Assembly (NCBI GenBank): GCA_973895155.1
Contig: OZ316898.1
Coordinates: 10,873,187-10,937,186 of the forward strand
Length of the DNA: 64,000 nt
Direction: 5' to 3'
From: Marsupella aquatica
Lineage: Eukaryota; Plantae; Marchantiophyta
Shown here: positions 38,311 through 51,578 of the stretch, piece after piece
Numbering within the stretch: position 1 is the stretch's first letter
Layout: each line of letters begins with the position of its first letter
The notes under the pieces: generated by a model
Database searches by the model: none
Told to the model about the DNA's origin: nothing
Seen by the model: only the letters and a program-made list of their open reading frames with translations
Program-made: the position numbers and the translations under genes

Positions 38311-39920
38311 AAGTGTGTTGTCATCAGGGAAGGTAATTCAAGTAAAGTCAAGACTTGACTGGTGGGGTGTGGACTGGGTAGTCTCATAGTCGATTAGTCT
38401 CGCTAATCTTTAGTGTATTATTCTCTTTGTAAGTTTGCTCACTTTTATGTTCAAAAGTCAGGGCGTGTCAAAGTTCTCTGTAAAACAAATCGTTATGGAC
38501 TGAAACCTTTCAGATGTAAGATTCTTATGGGGCTTGTATTTAGATAGCCCATAACTCTACACGCCCTGGCCATAAAACAGTTTTATTGCGGCCATATCTC
38601 ATTTATGCATTGTTTTGACACGCTCTAATCTGCTGTTTTCTCCTAAGTACTGAGCTTCCAAATCTAAATCTTTTGGCCGGGCTTGAAGAGCAATAATTCA
38701 ATGGCTAGCATAGTACAGGAGTCATGACACTTCAAGCACCCCCTGGCTAGCCTCGGAGGTCTCACTATACTGGAGCCCATCATCACTTGCAATGGTTTGA
38801 GGCCTCAAACACCCTAAATTTAAGAAAAGTAGACCTTTTTAACCCCAAGTCATTTCAAATGTTCAAATCTGGTTTTAAAATAGTATCTTCCTTCATAAGT
38901 TTCTCAATTTTATTCAAAAAATCCTAATGTTCTTTAGCAATAAATGTAAGTATTCATTTAGAACTAATAAATCTACCTGATACTGGTCACACATAATGTG
39001 TCATTTTTGTGAAAATGAGACCCCCAAAAAATCAACCAGTGAAAGTTTATGAACTGTTTTGAGACTAAATGTTATGAACTGTTTGGAGACTAATTCTGGT
39101 GAAAATAGAGCACCGCGGGCCTTAAATGGGTTGTCTTCCCATTAGAGCATTATGGCCCACAATACCCTGTGAACATGAACTTACTATTTTTATAATTTAT
39201 TTATTTATTTATATCCAACAATGCTTACAAACTTTGGCCAAAGCACTCTTTTTACAGTATGAGAGCATCTCAAAGCTAGCAATTTTATGAACCTCAACTC
39301 CCTAGTTACCGGGATTAAGGACACAAAAGTTATGGATTACCAAATTCATAGTCCATAACTTTTTCCCATAAGGATTGGTTCTATGTCATTACCATTAGTC
39401 ACTCACTGTAGAGGTGAAAGGAAAACACAAAAACACAAAAACACATTTGTTGTCACCCTAACCTTTGAGACAACAAATGGTCAACACATGTTAGACCATT
39501 CCTTTGTAATTTCTATCCTTTGACTCCCTAATATATCACACAACGTATATCCCACAACGCCTGTAACTAGTACGTTACCCTATGCAAAGGACACTAACAA
39601 GCGAACAAGGGTTGATCTTGGCTCAACCGCGGCACCTGGGTGTCCCAAACTGGCCCATACACTTTGCGTATTGCTCCTAATTCCCACCAAAAACAGCAAA
39701 TGGATAGAACGATGAAGCTACGTCACAAAGAGGAGACTGCAGCAGCAGAGTGGCAGTCGGTTGCCCCCGCGTTCCGCTTCTGCTTCCACATGTGAACGGC
39801 AATGGAGATTGAATTGGAGAAAAGGACATCCAGCTTCACAGCTTGAGATCATACGACATAGCTCTGTTTTATTGTCTGTCACTCGCAATGCTGCTTGTGC
39901 TTTACTCCCGGGAGTGTACA

Positions 39921-40305
39921 AGGGATCCCATCTCAACTCCTGTCTTCTCGACTGGACTTCTTCACTTGACCCGACCTTCCGTTCCGTTCCGTTCCCTGCC
40001 CCTCTGCTCTGGCTCTGCTCTTTCCTGCTCTGTCTCCGATAGGAGAATCATGAGAGATTGAAGCAAATCTCATGTTCCAGTGGGCCATCTTTCCTAATCC
40101 CCGGAAGGCTCGACAATCTCGAGCTCCCGCAGGAAGCGCATCTCCCTCTACTCACTGCCTGAATTTGCACTCGGTCCCTTTGTGTGCCTGAATTTGCCAT
40201 TTTGCTGGTCTAGTGAGCTCGGAGATATGGCAACGAGCTTGGCCACTTCATCAGTAGCTGCGGCTGATAGAGCTGGATGGGGGGCGAGTCTGGACCATGG
40301 CCGAG
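39921..40305 (+). repeat. Right arm of inverted duplication (SCY1 5' leader + transit-peptide start)
   Basis: Shares AGGGATCCCATCTCAACTCCT, GAGAGATTGAAGCAAATCTCAT...CTCGGTCCCTTTGTGTG.CTGAATTTGCCA.TTTGCTGGT.TAGTGAG.TCGGAGATATGGCAACGAG with the SufC 5' end. Confidence 0.92.
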
Positions 40306-43140
40306 TATTCACCGAGCAGAAGCAGCACGTTGCAGTGCCAAGGAAGGGTGGGTATGGCGATGGAGCAGTGTCCTTGAGGAGGTCCTCTCTGTTCCCTCTT
40401 CTGCGGGAGAACCTAAAGTGGAGTAGTGTCGGGGCCCCGTCATTATCCAGACGAGCAATCGCGTCACCTCGGGGCGCTCTTGCAGGCGACTTGCGCAGAG
40501 AGCGACGGTGGATGTCCGAGGCTTCGTCAACCATGTTCTCCGGCCGGGGCGTTTGGCCAAGGTAGAGCATTCACTCGCAGAAAATTTTGAAGGCGTGTAA
40601 TGCCTTTAAGAGCGGTCATTTTGGTGTGATTTTCAATTTACCATAGCTGCTCCCTTTTATTAAGAAGAGCGGCACTTTGCAGTGGAGAGACTCCGATTTT
40701 CTTTTGTGTGTTCAGTTGTAAGAGCTCAATATTTTGCTTCTTTGCAGCCAGGCGGAGCAGTCAAGTGATTGGCAATTCGATCCATTGGATTTAGGAGAAA
40801 ATGTGACCTCGAGGTTTGAACGTGATTTCGAATCCTTGGTTGCCACGGTACTAGCGGCATTAGGGGGTGGACCAGGAAGGTCTGGAAAATCCACCTCTAC
40901 TAGAGGCACTGCAGGTATGCTTGTGGATTTTCCTTTCGAGTATTGTGATCCGTTATAATTATGAACCTACAGCGACATTGCATTGCAGCTAGTAGTAATA
41001 ATACTTCAATTCCTATTTCTCATATCTCACCGCATGTGACCTTCCGTAATGACACTCTGTGGACTCACGTTAACTCCACGGTGTTTCACTGACAGCTGCA
41101 ATCGAAGACAGCTCCGTTGATTTTGGTGAATTCTTCAAAGGCAATCTCCCAGAAAAGTTCCTCAAAGTGCTTGGACTACTGGTTTTGTCTCGGGTTGGGA
41201 CCTACATTCCGTTACCTGGAGTTAACAGGGAAGCCTTTTCTAGCAGTTTGGATACCAACAGCATTTTAGGAACTTTGGATACCTTCTCAGGTGGAGGTAT
41301 TGGACGGCTGGGAATTAGCTCTCTGGGAATAGTTCCCTACATCAATGCACAGATCGTTTTCCAGCTTCTGGGTACTGTTTTTCCTAAACTGCAAGAATTG
41401 CAAAAAAAGGAGGGGCAAGCTGGGCGGAATAAAGTCAAACAATGGACACGTTATGCATCAGTCGGATTTGCAGTTGTACAGGTAATTTTCCCCGAATGAA
41501 TGTCTGTCGAAAAGGATGGAACATTTCCTGTTCATAGCTTACGCAAGTGTTGAACCTTAGATTTGCGTTCTACAATATATCCAACCTACTCCTTACCTTC
41601 TGTTGATGACCGCTCGAAGACAAACTGTCTAGTGAACACATCCTGTGCTAGAAAGGCCAGGGTTTCCAGTCTTTCGTGTAATCCCAGAACGGTGATGATA
41701 TTCTTGGTATGTATTTTGCAGGCAATTGGCCAGATTACATATATTCGCCCGTATGTGAACGATTTCAGCGTGGAGTGGGTCATATCGTCTGTTGCCCTAC
41801 TTGTATTTGGATCAGCGGTCACAATATTTATCGGTGAAAAACTGACAGATTTCAAGCTGGGGAACGGCACGTCACTTCTGATTTTCACGAATATCGTGTC
41901 ATACTTGCCAGCATCTGTGGGACGAACAGTCGTGCAGGCACTGAATGACAGCAACTATGTGGGGCTCGTTGGCCTCGTCGTTTCTTTCTTCTTATTGGTC
42001 CTTGGTATCGTCTATGTCCAGGTGCGTTCTCCCGACTAACTTCCATATACTTTGTTGTGGTACGCTCTGCTGTTAATCGCATCAGCTTCTAATATGTCGG
42101 GGATTGCAGGAAGCAGAAAGGAAGATCCCAATCAACTATGCCTCCAGATATAGTTCCAGTCGCGGAGGAGGAGGACTTCGCAAAGCAGCATATCTGCCGT
42201 TTAAGGTGCGTGAGTATAGGGATCAATTTTGCATTTGACTAGTCTCATCCGGGATTCAATTTGCGTTGATTTACTGAGAAAGTTTTGGCAATGAAATCAA
42301 CAGGTTAATAGTACTGGAGTCATGCCCATCATATTTTCAACCTCGTTGCTACAAATTCCGTTGTCGTTAGCACGCTTCACTGGCATTGAGGCCTTGAAGA
42401 GCGCAGCCGTGTTATTGTATCCTGGAGGTACGTTGGCACACAACTACCCTTGCTCGCATCTTCTCTTTGTCGTTGCACTTTCCAGAGGCTCACACATTGG
42501 TTACAATTGATCATCTGTGTTTTGGCAGGTCCTCTGTATGTGCCCACAAACGTTCTCTTAATTGGATTCTTCAACTATTTCTATACTTTCCTCCAGCTGG
42601 ATCCTGCTGATCTGAGCGATCAGCTGAAACGTCAAGGAGCCTCCATTCCCGCAGTTCGACCTGGAAAAGCAACCGGGACATACATCACGAATGTGAGCAC
42701 CCAATGCATACTCTTTTTTTTACTTGCTCAGTGGATATACTTGAAAATACAAATCGACAACTGTTTCTATGTTGCGGTCTCAAGTCGATTTCTCTACCGG
42801 ATAATCTGGAATATGCCGGTAGGTAATCCAGAATGTGAGCGATTTATGTGGTGAATCAATCATTCCGAAATTTTTCCTCATGTGTCTTTTGGCACTTCAG
42901 GTACTTGGACGAATATCTGTTCTAGGATCCGCTTTCCTCGGCGTGATGGCAGCTGCGCCATCCTTGGTGGAAGGAGTTACTCATCTGACAGCATTCCGTG
43001 GTTTTGCTGGAACGTCGATCCTGATCTTAGTGGGGTGTGCAACGGACACAGCAAGGAAGGTGCAGGCAGAGCTGATTTCTCAAAAGTACAAGACCATTGA
43101 GTTTTATAATCTTGATGATAACTCGGATGTATTCAGATGA
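40227..43140 (+). CDS. SCY1: Chloroplast preprotein translocase SecY (SCY1), 8 exons
   Basis: Exons 40227-40561, 40748-40914, 41096-41481, 41722-42021, 42110-42205, 42304-42427, 42529-42692 and 42901-43140 join in frame. Motifs AAIEDSSVDFGEFFKG, SLGIVPYINAQIVFQLL, LGNGTSLLIF, YLPFKVNSTGVMPIIF, IPAVRPGKAT, FAGTSILILVG, AELISQKY. Confidence 0.96.
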
Positions 43141-45115
43141 TACTTCAACTCACACACATGTAGACAGAAATAGCTGTTTGTACACTAGAATTTGGCAATG
43201 TAAAGATGATCTTGCCTTCTATTTGAGAGTCGGGCTCGAGAACAGACATCATATCATAGTGTGTTCCATTATCGAATCAAAAGCATACATGATATGCACA
43301 AGCAGAGACTCTTAAATAGCATATTCGAGTCGAAACCTCTGGGAAGTATTCTGTTGTCAATTCCTGCCATTGCTGGGAAGTCCGTGTTCGGCTGAAATCT
43401 GAAGTGAACACGAAGTTCTTACTCAAATGAGGGTTAGATTCGATGCGGAAGGCTCCAGTCTGCAAGAATTTGAGTAAAAGTAGACCCTAAACCCACTTCC
43501 CATATAATTTCTCGACTGTTTCTCTAGTATTGAAGACTGTCGGATCCAATTTGTGTGTTCAGTTTTTCTATTTTTCTATTGGACTTTAGTGAAGGGGAAT
43601 TTTAGCTCATTTTACAGAAAATGAAGACGAACACGACAGTAGATTTAGCACAATTAATGAAGCACCAAAAGTAGAACTGAGAAAGGAGACCAAAGGAAGA
43701 GAGAGCCTATCTGTTCCACACTACGATATGATGTCAGTTCTTGTCGTTCAATTGTCCAATGAACCTCGTACGTAAGTAGACTGGAATCTCTCGTCAAGTT
43801 TAGGTCATTTGGAGGCCTTCTGAAAGTCCCGAGGCTCACCTTCAGAATGTCACACTTCAGGAGAAGTGAGAAGACCAGATGACATGGTGGGTACGTTAAA
43901 ACTAAGTCCTCCCAAAAACTTCCTATCAACACTTCGCGGGTAGTGTATAGAACCAAATCACATTTACAGGCATGAAAAAAACCAGAATGCAGAGATTGGT
44001 TAGTCAGCCACAAGCGTGCCGAAAGGATCAAATCTCAGGCACTTCCGTTCTGAAGGATGATGTTCCCAGAATTGGGACATAGGAGGCAAGGAGAAAAATC
44101 AAGAAGACATGTCTGCAACGGGACCCTGAAGAGATCTAAAAAGCCCCTCCAACGGTGGAATGAAAAAAAGAAAAACAAATGAAACAATGAACGAACGATT
44201 TCATGTGGGGACATAGGACCAAACGAGAACTGGAAGCAACTCACTACACTATCAACAAGGGAATGATATGGAAAGGTGGATTCAATGGAAAACAGAGGGC
44301 ATGCTCGCTTCTCATGTTACCAACTCGCATTATTGCAAGCATAAGGGCATACTTGCCAACAGCACCTCCAAAGAATATGCAACCCCTGTAGACTACAGAA
44401 CCTTCTCTCAGCAGTGTCATGCTCTTTCAGAAGTGCGTTCTTGCCCCAAAGAAGTTTCTTGTTTTCTCTGTTGTCCACTGTTTACTCTCAGACGATATTC
44501 CAGCAAGATGTGCCTTTTAAACCACCACTGTCCATATAAAAGGAGAAGTGTCCAAGACTTTTCTATTTTTCACATTTCTCTCCTCTAGGGTGAGACTTTG
44601 CTCCACAATTTCAGGAAAATGATTCTAAAAATGGTGAAGCCTAGTGGATCCAGGTTTTGTTATGGACAGTGGGGCCGTAGATTTCCAGAAATGAGATTCT
44701 GATGTGACCAGGCTTCTCCGTACTTTGGCTCGGAGCTTCAAGGTGAGGTCGAAAAAGTGAGTACCCGTCAGCAAAACAACTTGGGACTTCAATTGCCTGT
44801 CAACTTCTCCGGGACTTCGAATCGATTACGTGGGACCCAGTCATAACTAAAGCACAACGAGACGACACTTCACATCGCGCTGGTTCAGGGTTCACAGTCC
44901 TGAACCACGAGGACAAAAATATCAAGAAAGATCTGCGCCGAAACGAGACGAGTTTGGGGTGAAGACGAAGGATTCAACACGAAAGCTGAAGGATTGTTTC
45001 ATTTGCGAGGATTTGTAGATATGTTTGATCTCGTCAGAAAGGAAAACAAACGTGGCAACGAGGAAAGCACGGGAAGAGCGGGAGAGCTAGCGACGGTAGC
45101 GGTCAGTCATCAGCC

Positions 45116-46898
45116 ATGGGGTTGCCTCTGAGAGGGGAGGGTGAGGAGAGAGGACGGAGCACCAACATCAACTTGCCGGAAAGCCATCAGCCTCAAAGCG
45201 TTTTCGAGTATGGCAACCTCAGGCCGGACATACCCAACTCAGCCCCTCTCGCCTCTGGTGGAGCAGTTGCTGTCAAGGCCTGGCTACTCGGAAGCAGGCT
45301 CTACTCTTTTAATGTGGGTTCTTCTCCCGCTCTCCGATCTTCACCCCATGCCCGTTCTGTTTCTGTTGGAGGCTTCATGCTCTCTCGTACAATCTGGTTC
45401 TGGTTCTTGCAATCGTGAGGTTCTTAGTAGTATGGTTGACACGTTGAAAAGCCACTCTGTCGTGGTCTCCTTCGACTCAGTTGTTTGATTCCCTTACACT
45501 CTTTAAGGCCGGAACCATCGCTGTATCAACAGACGCAAAGCTGAAGGATTTTAAGTGAGGATGGAAAGTAGCTAAGATTGCAAGCTGCCAATTAGAGCTG
45601 GGGTCCTCCGATTTATCTTTTCACTTTGGTCGGGAGTGCTGCACTCCCGCTGTGTTCGATGTTGTATGTTGTATGTTTGAATACTTTTCCTGCTCCTGGA
45701 GTGTGCTCCACCTTCGACTTTACTTCGTTTTCTTCAATCCCGTCCGAGGCTTTGCAATTTTTTCTGGGTTCCTCCTTCCTTACCAGGTATTTTGGCACCA
45801 TTTAATGCTAAAGATGTAGTGATTTCGAGTTGAAACCATATTGAGTTGTGTCAACTCTGTTATGATACAATCCGTCTTAATTTCCAATCTTATCGAGCAC
45901 CATCTAAAATGTTGATTTCAATCATGCTATAAATCTCGGCTTTACTTGTAGATACTCGGTAGTCTCATGCGGAATGCAAAGATTTTGTACTAACAGCAGT
46001 ACTTTGATCCATGAACCTGAAACTCGTCAGTATGGTTGGCTTCGATCTCCCATCCTAGCATCCTCTCGGCTACAAATAGTTGATCTCGTACAGGAGTAAG
46101 GATGTTGCGATAGCCTGTCTCATACTAGTTTCGGAAATGAGCTTGTGCAGCAGCGAGGCGGAATAGATCATGCAGCTGTGAGATTGGAAGAATCAGGCTA
46201 TGCAGTTCTCGGGTATGTCATGAAGGCAACCCGTACTACTGGCATTGCTGGCTTACTGGAGGAGTCTGAAAGAAGGGAGTACAACCCAGACCTATATGAA
46301 CGGGACGTCGTTGAGGTACGTTGACTGTATTCCAAAAAAAATGTATTTACTTGACTAGCGCCTTGATAGTGATGACTGAAACCGTATGAGCATCGATTCT
46401 CTCTGCAAGATATCTGGTTAGAAAGTGTCTTATCAGTGATCTCCGGTTCGTATGTTCGGTGTTGCGGTCTTCTCTGTGGAGCAGTTTGGTAGTTGATTTC
46501 CTTCTGTGCACCCTGTCTCCTTGCTCTCACCTATTTCAGATGTCCCATAAACAATAGAAATGTTTATGAGGCCTGGGAACCGGGAGAGGCAAGGTATAGA
46601 AAGTAAAAGTAGGCAAGTGAGATGCAGGACAGCTCTCAGTAGTCACAGGATCAACGAACTCCCACCATTCAGAAGAAATCTGTGGCACCGGGCACTCTAG
46701 TTGTAGAAATCACAAGTGACAAAAAGCCCTCTCTTCTCTCCCCGAGGTGCGGTCATGATAATGTCCTGCTTGAATGTCCTGCAGGTGGTCACAGAAATGG
46801 GAGAACAAGTTCGCTGCTATGTCTATCATCGCCCCGATGTAAATCAAGCAAATCCGGTTGCTACTGGAGACTGGCGCAGTCGAAGCAATCGGCAATAA
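45116..46898 (+). CDS. Gamma-glutamylcyclotransferase / AIG2-like small protein (~158 aa)
   Basis: Exons 45116-45313, 46151-46315 and 46785-46898, phase 0. SVFEYGNLRPD resembles the VFVYGTL motif; then AVLGYV, LYERDVVEV, VRCYVY and C-terminal VATGDW. Confidence 0.75.
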
Positions 46899-47795
46899 AG
46901 GGCTGCCTAGTTCAGTGACAATTCTAAGGAATTGAACCATAAGAGCATGTTCTGTGCTGCTAGCGGATGATCCTTTCCCCGTACTAAGGAAAACATGAGG
47001 TTTACAATAGGAGTAGTGTCTATGAAGAGATATTCGAAGAGTGTGATTTGAAGCAGTGCTGAAAGGGCACGGTATGGGTGTATCTGGCAGTTCAAAGAGG
47101 AGCATGATGTGAAGGACACTTCTGGGTCAATCCGCTCAACACCGTTGACAACACGAACGCCATGTAACGGGCTTGGGTTTTTTCTGGAGTGCGATTCGGA
47201 TTTTCTCAGTTGTATGGCACATGGCTGTCGCCAGCTCTGGAGAGGAACTGAGACAACAGCATTCTCTCGAGATGCTTCGTGTGGCCGGGACGAATCTCGT
47301 GTGGATGTGAAGGCACTAGTGCATGTAATATGCCTGTGTATATATCCAAAACCTTTTACGAAGAGCTTTGCTTGAGCTGTTAAATGGAAGTAATGAAAGC
47401 GTGAGCGACCTTGGTGTTGTTCACTTTGAGCGTATGTTCTTCCAGCTTTCTAAGTAAAGCAATGGTCAAACATAAACTGTCATCAACATTGTCACTTTTT
47501 GGTACATGTAGTCACAGAGAACTGCCTGTGAAATAATTTCGAATCGATGTCACTTTTTGGTACATGCAGTCACAGAAGTGTCTGTGAAAGTTATTACCGA
47601 TAAATCCAGAGTAATCCACATTAGCATGATAACCAATAACTTGAATGGAAATAGAGATCCAGTCAGAAAACAATCCTGCAAAAAATAGAATTCAATGTTA
47701 TTTCACATTCATATTTGCCCCATCCCTCTTTTTGCACCCTCGTTTTTTGTTTTGTCCTTATTCAGAGTAAGTGTCTAGAGGCTTCATCGCAGCCT

Positions 47796-47999
47796 TTGCA
47801 TGGCGCTTTAATAGTAAGATTCATTTTGATGTATAGGAGCCCTTTATTAGTAAGATTCACTATGATGCATAGAAATCTGGGCTCAGATTCACTATGATTG
47901 CATGGCGCTTTAATAGTAAGATTCATTTTGATGTATAGGAGCCCTTTATTAGTAAGATTCACTATGATGCATAGAAATCTGGGCTCAGATTCACTATGA
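47796..47999. repeat. Exact tandem duplication, 102 bp x2
   Basis: TTGCATGGCGCTTTAATAGTAAGATTC...CACTATGA at 47796 and 47898. Confidence 0.95.
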
Positions 48000-50367
48000 A
48001 TGGTATAAATCTGGGAATTTCTATGAATCATAGAAATTACCTCATCCAAATGTGATTTTGCAATCTTGTTCATAATGACCAGAAAAATAAGGACTTTTAG
48101 CTTGAGTTTGAGAGGCTAATGTGGTCCCATAATGCTTTGTTAGCAAATATTTAAAACACTTAAGATCTATGAGATATTTCACTAATTTTAGAACATTAAT
48201 TAATAAACCCAAGGCACAGTTGTTTTTCGTTAGTTGATTTGGGCATTGGATGACACTATATTCGATCACTAAAGTGCCTTGAGCACTCAATTTGAGTTGA
48301 GAAGACTACTTTCTGAAAATCAATTGAGAAATCTGTTTTTCTCAACAAGGAACCCTAAGTTTTCTATTAGCTGAGTCTTGTTTGTAGAATATTAGTCACC
48401 CAGTTTGTCAATGTACTTTCAAATAATTGGAAATTTTGGAGATTTAAGTGAAGTCTGACTTTTGGCAAGTTTTGAATTAGACATTAATTGTCTCATGACC
48501 TTGACGCAACTATTCACCAAATGGAGAAGGGTAGAGCTTAAGCTTTAAGAAGAGAGAAGTTTGATTAGGAAGGGAAGCTTGTAATTATGTTGTGTTGGAC
48601 AAGTATGATAGATTTTACAGTTTGCATTGTTTGGATTAAGTTTTTTCACAAAATCATTGTGGACCCATTCATCAATGGCCTGAGTAGTTTGACATTTTTT
48701 CAACTGCCACTAGAATACTTTGCTTCGCAATGGAGTAATTATCACAAGTTGTCAAAATCAGGCATTTTTGCTACATGCAACCAAATTCTCAAGCTAAGAG
48801 AGTCAATAGTCAATCCGTGGCAAGTCCATTTGAAACCAGATCAATGTCTGATAAAAAAACAAACAGTACTCGTCAGTTTTGTGAATTTACAGTTTTCATT
48901 CATGTTTGTGTCAATTTTGGTGTAAATTTTGGGACGCCATGCCATAAAAAGAAATGTAAAACTTTGGAAATGCAAAGACCAAGACGGATAAAATTGTCAC
49001 TATGTAACAGTTTTAGTTAGTATCTAATTTTAAAAATTAAATTCAAATATCTAAAAAGTATTTTTCATGTAATAAACAATGACTAATAACTAACTTTCTT
49101 GTTAAAGTGTAACTGATAAATGGAATAAGACTTTCAGCCTTTTGCAATTTAGGCAAACTGCCACTTATGGTCGTAACTTGAACTCAATCAGGGAATCTTG
49201 GGGCCAGGCTGTTGAGAGAGTTATGCATAGTAGTCCATGTAAGTACAAAGGAAGACTCACAAGTACTAATAAGATGAGTCTAAATAACTGGTAACTGGCA
49301 TCCCTGCCATGCAAAAGAAGTGCAATCACTGCCTTGATTAGGAATGGTGCATGCTCCCTGCTGTAAAAGTGGCGTTCCAATAATTATACATAAAAAATCT
49401 GACAATATATGGTGTAAAATGAATAATACTTGATGACTTAAGCAAGACAATTAGGTTTATCATGGTCTCTAGTGACAGAATATACTGTATATTGTCACAT
49501 TTTGATGTGCAATTATTGGGTTGTTTAAAACTGGGTTGAAGCAGCTTAGTTGAGGAGATGCGAGTACAGGTATCTTAACCTCCTTTTACTGTAGGTTTTT
49601 GGAGTTTGCATTTGCGCCCCTCCCCCCGTCGCCCTCCCCCCTCCTCCCCCTCCCAACTTCTCTTTTGTACTCTATTGAGTCAAATTGATCCTTGTTCTCA
49701 TTGGAACAATAGAAACTAGAAACATTAGAAAAAACTAGACACCGGTTTGTTATGTAGACGGATGGACGGCCCCTCGTTGCGGCTTCTTCACTGGCCTGCC
49801 TTAGGGAGTGTGCTGCTCCCCCTACAACAGTTGACGGCCTTGTTTACCTGTTTAGTAATTCCTGTCAAGAGAAGAGGTGACCAGTGTGGAACCATTCCTG
49901 CAGGGGCCTATTATAGTCATAATCTGCTGTCCTATAAAGTTTAGCCAGTAACCTCTTTCCCGGCAGGAGTTACTTAAGCTAGTGCAGGTCTGGGCTGGGG
50001 TTATAGACTGGAACCTGCTCGCCCCGGAATATTCAAAGAAACTTTTGGGCGCCCAGACCTGCATTACCCTATAGCTTGCACCGGCCTCTAGCACTTCGAC
50101 CTCCTGTCCCCCTTGGTGTTGTTCCCCTTTTGTCGGCCCGTCCCCCTTGGGTGTTGTCCCCCTTCTGTGCCACCCTGTAGTATGTGCTCTTTGAATGGCT
50201 CTCAATTTGATGTGTCAAGGCAAAAAACATTCTACGCCGTTCTCTCGAACAGGAACGCCAGAAATGTCTCCCGGATTCTAAGAAGGAACATTGTCTGAAC
50301 CTTTCCCTGTCCCTCCCATCCTCTCGGACGAGAAAAAGAAACACAGCTTGATGCGCTCGACGACGTC

Positions 50368-51578
50368 ATGGCGATGGCGAGCAGGTCTCGAGCGACCGCG
50401 AACATATTTCGTCGCATAGCGACTGCCTGCGCTTCTCACACTGCGCCTTCTACATCTCTTCATCGATCCAGCCACCTTCACCTGCTTTCGCCAGCATCGC
50501 TTTCTCCTCCAGTGAACCGCCCGTTTTTCACTTTCCCTGCGAAGTCCTGGCGGGGCTTAACCACGCCCTGCACTTCACCATGCGGCATGAGCAGTGTCGT
50601 CCGGAATTCTGCAGCGCTGGAAGAAGTAGCGTCTCTCCCGTCGATCTGCGTCCGGACTTATTCGAAAAGACCTAAGAAATGGCAAGGCGGTAGGTATGAA
50701 TGCCATGCAATGCTCCCGTCTGTTCTTGTCCTCCGCTCCATTTTAGGTTTTTGCTTCCTGAGTTGTTTAGGTTGATTTCTGTCCACTCTGGTTTGTTCCA
50801 AAGAAATTCGGAGCGTGGAAACGTCTATTTTGCTTCAGGGAAGTGTGTGAGATGTGGCAAATAGCACATTAGCTTTTGTTGAGAAGGTAATTTTGTGGCT
50901 GCACAACGGCATTGGAATTTCTAGGTCGAAGTTTCTCTAGGGTTACAAGTTACCTATTTTGTCAGATTTGCATCGCGGATATCATTCTCTAAATACCTCT
51001 CATCAAGAGTTTTGTATCTGGTGTGTGATTGTTCTACAGATCAGATCGGAGGTTGATCTGATTGTCTGTTCTGGAGGGTATTTTAGGACCTATTGTAGTC
51101 AACTTTGACATTATTTGAAGCTGTGGATGCAGTTCCTCATGCATTTATCCAAGCTGAGCCTGGAGCTCCATGCCCCCCGTATTCCCCCAACGCCGGCAGC
51201 GTGAAGAAACGGAAACATAATAAACGCATGGCTCAGCGACACGCGTTTGCCAAGGTGAGTGCTGCGGCATCCAAATCTGTGTAGAGGTTTGCCCTCAACT
51301 GAAGTGCTTGTGGACTGCGTTCCGAGTTTCAATGACTCATCGGTGTGTTTCTAGGGTTTATGATGCCATGGGGACTCTTGCTTGGGTGATGTTTGCCCAT
51401 GTTGCTGAATCTGTGTTGTTGGGGATAGGCACAAGCACACCAATGCAAAGAAGAGACCAAAGCCGCGTTGATTAAGAGAGATGCTGCGAGAAGAAAACGA
51501 TGGAGAGAAGCTACTGCCAGGGCTCGGGCCTGGGCAAAGCACCTTCAGGAGAAACAGATTACAGCCGTCGCTGCCTGA
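50368..51578 (+). CDS. Uncharacterised basic protein with mitochondrial-type presequence (3 exons)
   Basis: Exons 50368-50689, 51121-51254 and 51429-51578 join in frame. R/S/A-rich N-terminus ending ..VRTYSK; PNAGSVKKRKHNKRMAQR; helical RARAWAKHLQEKQ. Confidence 0.72.

Noticed and set aside
49617-49655. C-run tract that could form a G-quadruplex on the minus strand
   Set aside because: Simple low-complexity sequence with no evidence of function.
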